A stretch of 64,000 bases of DNA from Candidatus Methanosuratincola verstraetei (GCA_049570475.1 CP186953.1:224001-288000), one strand, 5' to 3'; numbered from the stretch's first letter, positions 47,684 to 58,130 are shown. The notes: generated by a model from the letters alone, not told the origin. Numbers and translations: made by a program.

Positions 47684-48901
47684 TTATGCGGTACTGCCTT
47701 TGGCGGATTCTGAGATCTTTGAGATAGTTTCAACGAATGTCCTGACTTCGGACTTCGTGTTGTAGAGGTACAAGGATGCCCTGACCGACCCGCTTCCAAT
47801 CTTCAAGACCTCCTTCATGAGCGGGAGCGCGCAGTGGTGCCCGGATCGGACCATTATCCCGGCGGCACTTTCAAGGGCGATTGCCACATCATGCGGGTCC
47901 ATCCCATCGACATTGAAGGAAATGATCCCGTTCCGCCTTCCCGAATCCAGAGAACCGTAGACTTTCACCCTGCGGTCCCCCTGTATGCCCTCCAAAATCT
48001 CCCTGGTGAGATCCGCCTCATGCGCCTCAATGTTTTCCATACCGATGTCCATCAGGTATTCAGCGGCTGCCCCAATCCCGATTACCTCAGCTATTGCAGG
48101 AGTCCCAGCCTCGAACCTATAAGGGCCGCCCCTGAGCGTATAATAGTCAACACCGACATCCTCAATCGAACCTCCGCCTATGCACAGAGGCTCGAGATCG
48201 CCCTGAAGGTCCTCCCTGATGTAAAGAGCCCCCACACCGGTCGGACCGCACATCTTGTGCCCGGAAAAAGCTAGGAAGTCGCAGCCAATCCTCTTCACAT
48301 CAATGCGCATATGCGGGACGGACTGGGCACCGTCAATGAGCAGGAGCGCCCCATTCTCCCTACAAATTTTTCCAATCTCCTCTACAGGATTCTTCACTCC
48401 AAGGACATTAGAGACATGCGTCACTGAGACGAGCTTCGCCCCTTTTTCTATCTCGCGTTGCATATCTGGAAGGTTCAAATCCCCAGAGGCATCTGCCCCG
48501 ATTACCCTGAGATCGATCCGCTTCCTTGCCTTTTCTCTGAGCCAGATTATGTAGTTTGAGTGGTGCTCCTGGATGGTCGTTACCACCTTGTCGCCCGACC
48601 GGAGGCCCAAGCCGGATGCCACAAGGTTCATCGCCTCAGAGGTGTTTCTGACAAAGACTATCTCTCCAGGCTTGGCGTTTATAAGCCTGGCAAGCGTCTT
48701 CCTTGCAGCCTCGAACTCCTCAGTTGCGCGCCTCGATGAGGTATAGACCCCTCTGCCCACGTTGGCGCGGTATTCACGGTAGTACTCAAGCATCTTTGCG
48801 AGGACGGGCTCAGGTGTAAGGCTTGTGGACGCGGAATCCAAGTAAACACGACCAGGCCTGATGAAAGGAAAATCCCTGCGGACGGCTTGTACATTCAACA
48901 T
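47684..48901 (-). CDS. sufS: Cysteine desulfurase, SufS family
   Basis: YLDSAST, EHHSN, DGAQ, FSGHKM, FEAGTP, RSGHHCA. Confidence 0.93.
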   Translation of the reverse strand: MLNVQAVRRDFPFIRPGRVYLDSASTSLTPEPVLAKMLEYYREYRANVGRGVYTSSRRATEEFEAARKTLARLINAKPGEIVFVRNTSEAMNLVASGLGLRSGDKVVTTIQEHHSNYIIWLREKARKRIDLRVIGADASGDLNLPDMQREIEKGAKLVSVTHVSNVLGVKNPVEEIGKICRENGALLLIDGAQSVPHMRIDVKRIGCDFLAFSGHKMCGPTGVGALYIREDLQGDLEPLCIGGGSIEDVGVDYYTLRGGPYRFEAGTPAIAEVIGIGAAAEYLMDIGMENIEAHEADLTREILEGIQGDRRVKVYGSLDSGRRNGIISFNVDGMDPHDVAIALESAAGIMVRSGHHCALPLMKEVLKIGSGSVRASLYLYNTKSEVRTFVETISKISESAKGSTA

Positions 48902-49077
48902 GGCAATTATCTCCGGAAGCTACATAGAATGATCGGTCAAATAGGATAAAAAGCTGTGCATGACCTGCCGAACCCGATGCCAACCAGATCCAGGGGCCGT
49001 GAAAGCATCCAATATTCTTGTATTAGCAACGCTTATATCCCGACATTATAGAGATGGATTCACGTGGAGGAGATTGG

Positions 49078-49284
49078 ATGGGTAGAACAGGAGTGCTTTT
49101 GGCGATCGCTGTAATAGGATACTTCATCGGTGTGGCCGGGTATTACCTTCTAAAGAATCTATCGCCCTGGCTTGAACAAGTCCTGCCGATGCTTCTGCAG
49201 GCAGAGTGGGTCATTTCAGGGCTCTTTGGAGCAGTATTCGCGGTCATACTCGTTGTGATTTGGTCTTACACAACTAAAGAGTGA
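49078..49284 (+). CDS. Small 2-TM membrane protein
   Basis: GGAGGAG RBS before ATG; two hydrophobic helices. Confidence 0.7.
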   Translation: MGRTGVLLAIAVIGYFIGVAGYYLLKNLSPWLEQVLPMLLQAEWVISGLFGAVFAVILVVIWSYTTKE

Positions 49285-49334
49285 CAATATAAGAAGGCAG
49301 GACCTCATTTTTTACCAAACAAATTTAATTTTAT

Positions 49335-50675
49335 TTAATTTATCTTTTGAACCAGCTGCTTGTCCTCAATTGTCACCGGGCGTTCGGAAGGCTTTGACGA
49401 GAGTCTGTACTGTATCGCCCAGAAATTCTCTGGGCTGAACCTGGAGTCGATGACTGTGCAGTCAAATCCGAATATGTCGAGCAGCCCATAGAATATGAAG
49501 CCCCAGATCATGGGAGGGATTGGGAAACCCCTGTCAGCCGCTATCTTGAAGGCTGGAGAAAGGTTTCCGCTCACCTCTGAGGTTATCAAGTTGAGCGGCT
49601 CGTCGTATGTGAAGCGCCACTCTATACCTTCGTAGAGCAGGACGAGCGAACTGAGTAGCTTCAACGACTGATGGAGGGAGGGCAAGAAGCTTGGGAGAGA
49701 AGTCTTCTTCATCGCCTCGATCGTCTTCCTGCCAAGATCAACCAGCGTCGGGTTGAGCTTCTGGTTTATCTTGGTTGACATCACGTCCAGAAGGTAAAGG
49801 TAGAAGTAGGGAGAGGCCTGGTTGAACTGAGGGTCCGCAAGCAGGTCCTCCTTCAGCCAGTCATTCTCGATGGCAGGATAGACGATCTGGAAGTCCTTTG
49901 AAGCAGACCAATCGACCCCACGCATGTATTCCCTGAGGTAGTCGCAGATGCTCCCGCCGCTGTAGTACTCGGCTACGACAGTGGAACCCTTGTTGTCAAC
50001 CAAGGAAATCTTCTTGAAGATTAGGAGGTCTTTCCCGTCCGCCAGCAGGAGGTTTACTTTAGGGGAGAACGGCACGTACTTTATCTTGAAGAAGTCAGAG
50101 AACTTACGGAGGATCTCGCAGTCCTGCTTTGCTGAATTTATGAATATCTTGACTTCTATCTCGTTGCGGGTGGCTTCGTTGAGCGTTTCGAAGAAGTTGT
50201 CGAAGATGATTTCGAGGCCTTCGTGGTTTAGTGCCAGGATCATCTCCTCGGATGCGTTGGTGATTATCTCATAAATCCTCTTGATGGTCTCCGGCTCATG
50301 CCTGGTTACCCAATACTCCTTCTTCTCAAGCTGATCCGCGGCCAGCGCGCTCTCCTGAAGCCTCCGGATCTCCGTAATTGTTTTCTTCATTGTCTTGAGA
50401 TCCTGCTCGAGATTTTTAATAGGGCTGAGGAGCGAATTTTCAGGCGGATTGGCCTTGGCCGTGATTGTCTTGCCCGGGACAAAGGTCACAAGGCGCCGCT
50501 TCTCGAGGTTTTTCAGGACAGGGTATATCTTTGTCCTCGGCACCATGCTCTTAGCCGCTATCTCCTTGATGGTGGATCTGCCGTGCCTCACAAGGGTCAG
50601 GTAAACCATCGACTCGTACTCGGTCAGACCGAACTTGGTCAGGGACTGGGCGAGCGGCTTTACCTGTAACTCCAA
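49335..50675 (-). CDS. TrmB-family regulator with extended C-terminal domain
   Basis: [11 protein letters not shown]...[10 protein letters not shown] wHTH, coiled coil, PLD-like effector region. Confidence 0.85.
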   Translation of the reverse strand: MELQVKPLAQSLTKFGLTEYESMVYLTLVRHGRSTIKEIAAKSMVPRTKIYPVLKNLEKRRLVTFVPGKTITAKANPPENSLLSPIKNLEQDLKTMKKTITEIRRLQESALAADQLEKKEYWVTRHEPETIKRIYEIITNASEEMILALNHEGLEIIFDNFFETLNEATRNEIEVKIFINSAKQDCEILRKFSDFFKIKYVPFSPKVNLLLADGKDLLIFKKISLVDNKGSTVVAEYYSGGSICDYLREYMRGVDWSASKDFQIVYPAIENDWLKEDLLADPQFNQASPYFYLYLLDVMSTKINQKLNPTLVDLGRKTIEAMKKTSLPSFLPSLHQSLKLLSSLVLLYEGIEWRFTYDEPLNLITSEVSGNLSPAFKIAADRGFPIPPMIWGFIFYGLLDIFGFDCTVIDSRFSPENFWAIQYRLSSKPSERPVTIEDKQLVQKIN

Positions 50676-50773
50676 ACTTTGTCACCGGAGGGACAGACAC
50701 TTCGGTTACAAGATAATCTGGTCACACGAGTCTTATAAAATATTCGTATCAAACCCTAGAGTGGTGACCGAAA

Positions 50774-51412
50774 GTGAGCAACTTCGCAAACCGATGGGAG
50801 AAGAAGGAGACCCCAGGCATTAGCACCAGGGTCAAGGAGTCTGTCCGACCCCCAGGCCCGCTCAAGCCGAGGCTCGAGGCAGCAGTGAGATCCATACAAC
50901 TACAGATGCAGAAGCTCGACATAGCTAACCAGAGATTCCAGGAGAGAGACAGGATAATGTTCAGCAAGGTCGTCGACGCTTACTCCAAACACGACCTAGA
51001 CCACGCCAAGATCTATGCAAACGAGCTCGCCGAGATAAGGAAGATGTCCAAGATGCTGATGCAGGCCAGGATGGCGCTCGAGCAGATAGTGATGCGCCTC
51101 AGCACAGTGACCGAGCTCGGAGACATAGTCGTGACTCTCGCGCCAGCAATGGGCGTGATCAAGAATGTCAGGGCAGGCATCTCGACTCTGCTCCCCGAGG
51201 CCGAGAGGGAACTTGGCGACATCAGCACGCTCCTGAGCGGCATACTCGTCGACGCAGGCCAGAGCAGCGGACTCAGCCTCAACTTCGAGAGCGCCAACGA
51301 GGACGCACAGAAGATACTCGGAGAGGCAGCGGCTGTCGCAGAGCAGAGGGTCAAGGAGAAGTTCCCAGAACTCCCAGCAGGAATCGCAGCAGGAGAGAAA
51401 GCAGGGTTCTGA
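50774..51412 (+). CDS. ESCRT-III/Snf7 homologue (CdvB1/B2-like)
   Basis: AKIYANELAEIRK, LEQIVMRL.T..ELGD, KFPELP; no wH tail. Confidence 0.92.
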   Translation: MSNFANRWEKKETPGISTRVKESVRPPGPLKPRLEAAVRSIQLQMQKLDIANQRFQERDRIMFSKVVDAYSKHDLDHAKIYANELAEIRKMSKMLMQARMALEQIVMRLSTVTELGDIVVTLAPAMGVIKNVRAGISTLLPEAERELGDISTLLSGILVDAGQSSGLSLNFESANEDAQKILGEAAAVAEQRVKEKFPELPAGIAAGEKAGF

Positions 51413-51523
51413 GTGGTTGAACTTGGCAACCCTCGTTCCCATTTTTTTGAAAATGAGGCCAAGCATCAAACTGACGGAAATACCCCATATCCCATGAGTG
51501 ATCCTTAGAGGTGGAGTAAAAAA

Positions 51524-52351
51524 ATGCTAAAGAACTTTTTTCGACGGACTCCACCTCTAAAGGACGCTCTGAATGAGGCAATAACAGCCCTCGGAAGGCA
51601 AAAGAGAAAGCTCGAGATAATTGACGCAAAGCTGAAGGCAAGGCGCAACGAGCTCTTCAGGCTCTGCACATCTGCATTAGAGAACAAGAGCTCTGAAAGG
51701 GCAAAGATCTACGCTAACGAGATCGCGGAAATAAAGAAGGTACAGGAAAAGGTCTCAAATGGAATCCTCTTACTGGAGCAGCTCACGCTGAGGATGGAGA
51801 CGCTGAGGGAGGTTGGTTCAACATTCGCACAGCTGGAACCGACCTTGGAGGCGGTCAGGCAGGTCTCAGAACAGTTGTCCGAGATCATACCCGAGGTCTC
51901 AGGGGAGCTCATGCAGATCGGGAGCTGCCTCAATTCAGTCATGACCGAGATGAGGATACCGTTGTCAGAGGCACAGGTCGCTGCAATTTCAGATACCGTG
52001 GAAAACGAAGAGATACTGGATGAGGCCTCTGCGTTCATCAGGGGGAGGCTTATGGAGCAACTTCCAGAGCCCCCCAAGGAGATCGGCTTTGCAGCGCCAG
52101 TGCAGTTTGGCGCAGAAGGGGCCCTGACCAAAAGCGTTTCCCGTTCGCCAGTAGAAAGCACGAAGGACAGGGAGGAGGTGCTCCTGGAGCACCTAGAAAG
52201 GAATGAAGGCGTGCTGGACTTCAGTGAGCTGAGCTCGAAGTTCGGCATGAACGAAAGGCAAGTCATCAGGCTTATAGAAAGCTTATCTAAGAAGGGTTTG
52301 GTAAAGATAATGACTGCAAGCGAGGCGATTGCAAGTGATGGCGATCAATGA
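51524..52351 (+). CDS. cdvB: ESCRT-III CdvB with C-terminal winged helix
   Basis: AKIYANEIAEIKK, MIM2-like LPEPP, C-terminal wH (LSKKGLVKI). Confidence 0.88.
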   Translation: MLKNFFRRTPPLKDALNEAITALGRQKRKLEIIDAKLKARRNELFRLCTSALENKSSERAKIYANEIAEIKKVQEKVSNGILLLEQLTLRMETLREVGSTFAQLEPTLEAVRQVSEQLSEIIPEVSGELMQIGSCLNSVMTEMRIPLSEAQVAAISDTVENEEILDEASAFIRGRLMEQLPEPPKEIGFAAPVQFGAEGALTKSVSRSPVESTKDREEVLLEHLERNEGVLDFSELSSKFGMNERQVIRLIESLSKKGLVKIMTASEAIASDGDQ

Positions 52352-53552
52352 ACTGGAATCGGCGGCAATAAAGTATGCGAGCGAAGCTATAAGGCTCGAC
52401 AACCAAGGATCGAAGGGGATGGCGATCACCTACTACCAAAAGGCAATCGACGTGCTTCTGAAGATCGTCAACCTCTACCCAAACTATGAGCTGAACAGGA
52501 TCTACGTCACCAGGGCCATGGCATATCAAGAAAGGATAAAGGTCCTGCAGACAGGGCATTGTGCAGAGGCTCCTGACGAGGAAGGATCAGCAGTCTTCGA
52601 GATAAAGCCGATAAACAGGGTCGAGGCTGCCCCAAAAGGAGACGCCAAGCAGCAGCCGCAGCTGCAACAGCAGCAGAAGAAGAGCTCCTACGAAGATCTC
52701 CTTGTGGTAGACAAGCCAAACGTAAGGTGGGACGACATCTCTGGCCTTGAGATGACCAAGAAGGCACTAAAGGAGGCGATTGTTTATCCTTCCTTGAGAT
52801 CGGATCTCTTCCCCCTCGGGTGGCCAAGAGGAATCCTGCTCTACGGACCGCCCGGGTGCGGCAAGACGCTTACTGCAGCGGCAGTGGCTACGGAGATAAA
52901 TGCAGCATTCTACTCAGTCGACGCAGCATCGATCATGTCCAAGTGGCTGGGCGAGGCTGAGAAGAACGTCGCAAAGCTCTTCAGGTCCGCAAGGGAGAGG
53001 ATTGCGAACAACGAGGCGGTCATAATTTTCATAGATGAGATTGACTCGCTGCTGGGAGTCCACTCCAACGAGGTAGGCGGCGAGATCAGGGTTAGGAACC
53101 AGTTCCTCAAGGAAATGGACGGCATAATTGACAAGGGAAAGAACAGCCTCCTATACGTGATAGGCGCCACAAACAAGCCGTGGGCTCTCGACTGGGCGTT
53201 CATCCGCAGGTTCCAGAAGAGGATCTATGTCCCAGTCCCAGACTACGAGGCCAGGCTGAGGATGTTCCAGATCTACACCCAGAGCCTGGGCATGGAAGGG
53301 GTGAGCGTCGAGGAGCTTGCCAAGATGACAGAGGGCTACTCCGGAAGCGACATACGGGATATCGCCCAAGCGGTTCAGCTTAAGGTTGTCAGCGAACTTT
53401 TCGAGGCAGGACTTGCTCTTGACAAGGCTTCTAAGCCGAGACCGATACGGATGGAGGACTTCAAGGAAGTGCTGGCAAGGCGCAAGCCGAGCGTTACCAA
53501 AGAGATGATAAAGGCCTACGAGATGTGGGAAGAGAACTTCAGGGCCTGCTAA
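52338..53552 (+). CDS. cdvC: Vps4-like AAA+ ATPase CdvC
   Basis: N-terminal MIT domain, GPPGCGKT, SKWLGE, FIDEID, ATNKPW, RRF. Confidence 0.93.
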   Translation: MAINELESAAIKYASEAIRLDNQGSKGMAITYYQKAIDVLLKIVNLYPNYELNRIYVTRAMAYQERIKVLQTGHCAEAPDEEGSAVFEIKPINRVEAAPKGDAKQQPQLQQQQKKSSYEDLLVVDKPNVRWDDISGLEMTKKALKEAIVYPSLRSDLFPLGWPRGILLYGPPGCGKTLTAAAVATEINAAFYSVDAASIMSKWLGEAEKNVAKLFRSARERIANNEAVIIFIDEIDSLLGVHSNEVGGEIRVRNQFLKEMDGIIDKGKNSLLYVIGATNKPWALDWAFIRRFQKRIYVPVPDYEARLRMFQIYTQSLGMEGVSVEELAKMTEGYSGSDIRDIAQAVQLKVVSELFEAGLALDKASKPRPIRMEDFKEVLARRKPSVTKEMIKAYEMWEENFRAC

Positions 53553-53587
53553 AAACCCTTTTTTATCCCCAATGCCAAATATGAGCT

Positions 53588-54556
53588 ATGGATTGGATAA
53601 TCGCCCACGGTGACACCGACGGCATATGCTCGGCGGCTATTGCGCTGGCTGCCCGCAAGGGGAGCGAGGTCTTCTTCTCCCATCCCTCCGGACTTGCCGA
53701 GGATCTGAAGCAGGTGGAGGGCAATGTGGTCATCTGCGACATTGCTCTCTCCAGCACATTCCTCCAAGAAGTGATGGCCGAGCTTAAGAGGATAGCCGCT
53801 GGAGGGGGCAGCATATTGTACATAGACCACCACCCTCTGCCGCGCGGCTTCAGAAAGGAGGACTTCCCAGGGAAGATGGCGATCTCGACAATGAGCTGCA
53901 CAAGCGAATTGACTTACTTGGAATTCAAGGATCTGATCCCGTCCGACATGAGCAGGGTAGCCATATACGGGGCCATAGGGGACTACATGGACAACACTTA
54001 CGAGATAAGGCGCCTCCTGCTGGACTGGGAGAAGAGAAGCATGTACCTCGAGAGCGGGCTGCTGATCCAGGCGATAGACGCAGGAGGGAGGGACTACGAG
54101 ACGAAGAGGAAGATGGTGAGTTTCTTGGCAACGAACAGGACCCCCAGCTCGGACCAGGAGATCGTGGAGAAGGCGATCGCCGAGGCAATATCGGAGGAAG
54201 AGATGAGGAAGAGGGTCAGGGAGGAGGTCAAGGTGTTCGGAAGCCTGGCATACGTCCTGGACCTCAAGTGGTCGATGGGGAAGAGCGCTGTCTATGCAAG
54301 GGCTTACGGCAAGAGGCCAGTAGGCATAGGCGCCGAGACGAGGAAGGGCAGGGTAGACATGAGCATACGAACCTCGAGCGAGCAGATAGACCTGAATGAA
54401 CTCCTACAGGAGATCGCGCCGAAGCACAACGGCAGCGGTGGCGGTCACCCGATGGCTGCCGGGGCGAGGGTCCCGGAGGGCAAATTTTTCGAGTTTTTAG
54501 AGGATTTCAACGCTCTTGTCGAGAAAAATGAAAGAAAACGGACTGTGGAATATTGA
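53588..54556 (+). CDS. DHH/DHHA1 family phosphoesterase
   Basis: HGDTDG, ICD, IDHH, GGGHPMAAG. Confidence 0.9.
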   Translation: MDWIIAHGDTDGICSAAIALAARKGSEVFFSHPSGLAEDLKQVEGNVVICDIALSSTFLQEVMAELKRIAAGGGSILYIDHHPLPRGFRKEDFPGKMAISTMSCTSELTYLEFKDLIPSDMSRVAIYGAIGDYMDNTYEIRRLLLDWEKRSMYLESGLLIQAIDAGGRDYETKRKMVSFLATNRTPSSDQEIVEKAIAEAISEEEMRKRVREEVKVFGSLAYVLDLKWSMGKSAVYARAYGKRPVGIGAETRKGRVDMSIRTSSEQIDLNELLQEIAPKHNGSGGGHPMAAGARVPEGKFFEFLEDFNALVEKNERKRTVEY

Positions 54557-54642
54557 GTCTAGCCCAATAACTAATCAAAGATACCTTACAGAAACGTTTA
54601 TTAATATAAAATTCTTTTAAGCGGATACTACGAGGGATTGAA

Positions 54643-54813
54643 ATGAAATTCAAATGTCCAGAGTGCGACGGCGACATAGAAGCCAAGGAAGTAATAGAGG
54701 GAGAGATCCTCAGCTGCCCCGACTGCGGAGCAGAACTCGAGGTCGCCAAGGACAAGAAAGGGAACTTTGAGCTGAAAGTCGCAGAGTCCGAGGGCGAAGA
54801 CTGGGGAGAGTAA
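54643..54813 (+). CDS. lysW: Amino-group carrier protein LysW
   Basis: 56 aa; CPEC...CPDC and C-terminal EDWGE; absent from ORF track. Confidence 0.96.
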   Translation: MKFKCPECDGDIEAKEVIEGEILSCPDCGAELEVAKDKKGNFELKVAESEGEDWGE

Positions 54814-54817
54814 GGCC

Positions 54818-55681
54818 TTGCCGCAGACCCTCTCTCTTCTTTATGACAGGGTAAGGGTTGAAGAGAAGGAGATAATCAATGCAGCGCAGAAGAAGGGGGT
54901 CGAGCTACGGCCGATAGACGCCAAAGAGCTCCACTTGAACATAACCGACCTCAAGAAGGATGAAATTTTCGGGGATGTGGCGATCGAGAGGTGCGTCAGC
55001 CACTTCCGAGGGCTTTACATAACTGCAATACTCGAGAGCAAGGGGATCCATGTAATCAACCCATTCAGCGTGGCTGCGCTCTGCGGGGACAAGCTCCTCT
55101 GCAGCATGAAGCTCGCCAAGGCAGGGATCCCAACGCCAAAAACGATTGTAGCCTTCACAAAGGACGAAGCGATGAAGGTGCTGGAGGAGGAGATGGGCTA
55201 TCCAGCCGTGATTAAGCCGGTCTTCGGGAGCTGGGGGAGGCTTATCGCGCCGCTCAAGGACAGGGAGACCGCCCAGGCGCTACTTGAGGACAGGGAAGAG
55301 ATGGGGAACCCCCTGTACCAGATCTATTACATCCAAGAGATGGTAGAGAGGCCCCCGAGGGACATAAGGACAGTCGTAGTCGGGGATAAGATAGCCGCTT
55401 CAATATACAGGTACAGTGCGCCGGACGACTGGAGGACTAACATAGCGAGGGGAGGCAAGGCAGAGGTCTGCAATCTCACTGAGGATCTTAAGGAGCTAGT
55501 ACTCAAGGCCGCTGAGGTCGTTGGCACAGGCGTCCTCGGGGTCGACGCGATGGAGACAAAGGAAGGCATAGTGATCCATGAAGTGAATTCGACAGTTGAG
55601 TTCAAGGGCGCAATGAGCGTCTCTGAAGTCGACATCCCAGGCATGATAATAGATTATGCGCTTGAGAGGGCTAGAAAGTAG
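54818..55681 (+). CDS. lysX: LysW ligase LysX/ArgX (RimK-type ATP-grasp)
   Basis: ERCVS, CGDK, KPVFGSWGRL, WRTNIARGG, EVNSTVEFK; follows lysW. Confidence 0.9.
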   Translation: MPQTLSLLYDRVRVEEKEIINAAQKKGVELRPIDAKELHLNITDLKKDEIFGDVAIERCVSHFRGLYITAILESKGIHVINPFSVAALCGDKLLCSMKLAKAGIPTPKTIVAFTKDEAMKVLEEEMGYPAVIKPVFGSWGRLIAPLKDRETAQALLEDREEMGNPLYQIYYIQEMVERPPRDIRTVVVGDKIAASIYRYSAPDDWRTNIARGGKAEVCNLTEDLKELVLKAAEVVGTGVLGVDAMETKEGIVIHEVNSTVEFKGAMSVSEVDIPGMIIDYALERARK

Positions 55682-56222
55682 CCTCCCGCTTTGCCTCTGC
55701 CAGCCTTGCATCTATTTCAGCAAGGCACTTCTGAAGGATCTCGATCATCCGGATCAGAGTTTCCCTTTTTGCCTTGAGATCCTCCATTTCAGCCTCGACG
55801 GAACTCATGTCGGACACGAAGACCGAGAAGAGGCATGGCGGGGCAACCTGCGGGTTATCCAATGAGAACATGTCTTTCAAGAAGCTCTCGAATATCCTGT
55901 TTATGCTCATCGCTATCTCGCTCTGCTTGAGCAGCACATGTTCAAGGATCCTCCTGCCCTCATCAGTGATGGTGTAGATCTTCCGCTTGCGACCCTTGTA
56001 AGCATGCCACTCCCCGCGAACGAGGCCCTCGGACTCGAGCTTCTTCAGCACAGGGTACACCCCTCCAGGGGTCGGCCTCCAGAAACCCTGGGTGGTCTCG
56101 TACATGGTGCGCATTATCTCGTAACCAGTCAGCGGTCTCTCATTTATCATCAGCAAGAGCGCCATGCCCATGTAGCCTTTCCTGCTCCACTCGAGGCTCT
56201 TTGAGATAGGGTCTTCGAACAT
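55671..56222 (-). CDS. PadR family transcriptional regulator
   Basis: GYEI, PGGVYPVL, RKIYTITDEG. Confidence 0.92.
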   Translation of the reverse strand: MFEDPISKSLEWSRKGYMGMALLLMINERPLTGYEIMRTMYETTQGFWRPTPGGVYPVLKKLESEGLVRGEWHAYKGRKRKIYTITDEGRRILEHVLLKQSEIAMSINRIFESFLKDMFSLDNPQVAPPCLFSVFVSDMSSVEAEMEDLKAKRETLIRMIEILQKCLAEIDARLAEAKREATF

Positions 56223-56363
56223 TTTCCTCGGAAGAATATATTTGATTTCGATATATGAGTTTTATGGTTTTCCGGGTTCAATTCCATAAATTCCCGGACA
56301 ACGGAAAGCACAAGAGATCAATTCCGATCGGTCTAAAAAGGAATTTCAAATCGACCATTCATT

Positions 56364-56957
56364 ATGAAAACCAAATACATATTGGGATTTGTTTTAGTGA
56401 TGGCCATAACGCTGTCTCTAGGTGCCTACAGCGCAACCCTAGGCAAATCGGAGCTCGTGCACTTCTGGGTCGCGGTGCCTGCGGGGAATGTGACCGCCCC
56501 CATGGTCTTGAGGGGGGCAGGCCCGCCGATCTCGATGTCGCCGATAGTGATAGACCTGCAGTCAAGGGGGGTGCTGAAGAACCTGCTCCAGCCTCAGCTT
56601 GAGGGGCTCTCGACGCATTGGATCTACAACCTGGGCAAGAAACCAGTGAAGGTAAAGCTAAACTTGGCAAATGTTCCGCCTGACATCGCTGTCGACTGGG
56701 AAGTTAACAGCGGTTTCGAATTCGATGCTGCAACCCACACATTCAAGACGCCACTGTACCCAGGCGGATCGGTCCCCAACCTAGGGATCGATTGGGTATT
56801 CCACATCCCAGCATACTACATGGACGAGCCTGTGATCTACGACGGGGGGCTCGAGGTAATAGACGCAGACACAGGGGCGGTGCTAACATTCATACCTATC
56901 AAGTTCGTGAACGGGGCTGCTAGCAGCAGCGCCACTCAGGGAGGTAGTTGCCATTGA
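56364..56957 (+). CDS. Hypothetical exported protein
   Basis: Signal/TM N-terminus, beta-rich body, ends in GGSCH. Confidence 0.75.
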   Translation: MKTKYILGFVLVMAITLSLGAYSATLGKSELVHFWVAVPAGNVTAPMVLRGAGPPISMSPIVIDLQSRGVLKNLLQPQLEGLSTHWIYNLGKKPVKVKLNLANVPPDIAVDWEVNSGFEFDAATHTFKTPLYPGGSVPNLGIDWVFHIPAYYMDEPVIYDGGLEVIDADTGAVLTFIPIKFVNGAASSSATQGGSCH

Positions 56958-57829
56958 ATGCAAAGGAGACACTGATTAGGAACCGCTGGAGGTACATCTC
57001 TTTCGTCGTGGGCTTCTTCCTCTTCGTTGCCCCATTTGCCCTCTTCACGAGAGCGGTTTACCTCATTGTGGGCAACACTGCCGAGCCTACTCTCCACAGC
57101 GTCTGCTTCAGGATGCCCATAGACTGGATCTTCGGCGGGAGGTTCTATTCAATATTCGGGTCATCATGGTTCATGGCAGCGTTCGCCTTCGGCGTAATCA
57201 TATCTTCGATATTCCTAGGCGCAGCATTCTGCGGATGGCTGTGCCCTGTCGGGGCTGTGAGCGAGGCGATCAGCAGGGCAGTGCCAATTCCGAACAAGTT
57301 CAGGCTCAGGATAAGGGACACCAAGCTCACCATGAGCATGAGGTACGGGTTCCTGGTTGGGTTCATCGCCGTAGCAGCCCTTGTCGGCTACAAGCTTGCG
57401 TCTGACCAGCTCGGAAGCATCTGCTGCAGGTACTGCGCTTCATCAGTCCTACAGAACTTCGCCTCTGCGCTCTTCGGCGATCTCTCTGCGATTGAGTACT
57501 GGCAGTCGGGGGCCATAATTTCGCTGCTCTTCTGGCTGGTAATTGGCGGGCTATTCATGTCCGGGGGGCGAGGGTGGTGCCTCTTCTTCTGCCCGCTCGG
57601 GGCATTCTCTGGTCTAGCCCACAAGCTCGGTGCCAGGCTGGGGTTCTACAGGATAGAGCACAAGCCGGAGAGCTGCAAAGGATGCAACAAGTGCCAGGAC
57701 GTTTGCCCCATGTGGGCAATAAAGGAGGACCACAACATAGAGAGGACCCTCTGCGTGAACTGCAAGGAGTGCGTCCATGCCTGCGATGCGTACAAACTGA
57801 TAAGGGGGAGAAAGATTGCGGATAGCTGA
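56954..57829 (+). CDS. NapH/MauN-like membrane 4Fe-4S protein
   Basis: FCGWLCP, WCLFFCP, CxxCxxCxxxCP, CxxCxxCxxxC. Confidence 0.9.
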   Translation: MNAKETLIRNRWRYISFVVGFFLFVAPFALFTRAVYLIVGNTAEPTLHSVCFRMPIDWIFGGRFYSIFGSSWFMAAFAFGVIISSIFLGAAFCGWLCPVGAVSEAISRAVPIPNKFRLRIRDTKLTMSMRYGFLVGFIAVAALVGYKLASDQLGSICCRYCASSVLQNFASALFGDLSAIEYWQSGAIISLLFWLVIGGLFMSGGRGWCLFFCPLGAFSGLAHKLGARLGFYRIEHKPESCKGCNKCQDVCPMWAIKEDHNIERTLCVNCKECVHACDAYKLIRGRKIADS

Positions 57830-58031
57830 AAGGGCAAAGGCATGGTGGGCATTTGCCCTGGCGGCATCTGCAGCCCCTACTTCTTACTTGATTGCAATGC
57901 CTTGCGGCGGGGCATGTGCTGGATGCCCGATGGGGGGCGGCTGCTTCTTGGCATACCCCGCTTTAGTTGCCTTAGCCATCGGAGCCAAATCGGTGAGGTT
58001 CGGCAAGGGGTTGCTTAGACGGAGACCCTGA
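57816..58031 (+). CDS. Small Cys-rich hydrophobic protein
   Basis: CGGACAGCPMGGGC between hydrophobic stretches; overlaps the upstream stop. Confidence 0.6.
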   Translation: MRIAERAKAWWAFALAASAAPTSYLIAMPCGGACAGCPMGGGCFLAYPALVALAIGAKSVRFGKGLLRRRP

Positions 58032-58130
58032 TTCAGCCACAATTCCAACAATCTTTTTTATTCCTCAATTTTATCCGGAAATCTTTTAAGACCTTCAAGA
58101 CTTATGTTCCGGAAGTCCGGAGGCTCAACA

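Noticed and set aside
52648-52677. CAG-rich tract in cdvC
   Set aside because: Short imperfect Gln-rich linker between the MIT and AAA domains, not a repeat element
56236-56256. ATATAT-N9-ATATAT as a PadR operator
   Set aside because: Short and AT-only; equally explained as TATA boxes of divergent promoters
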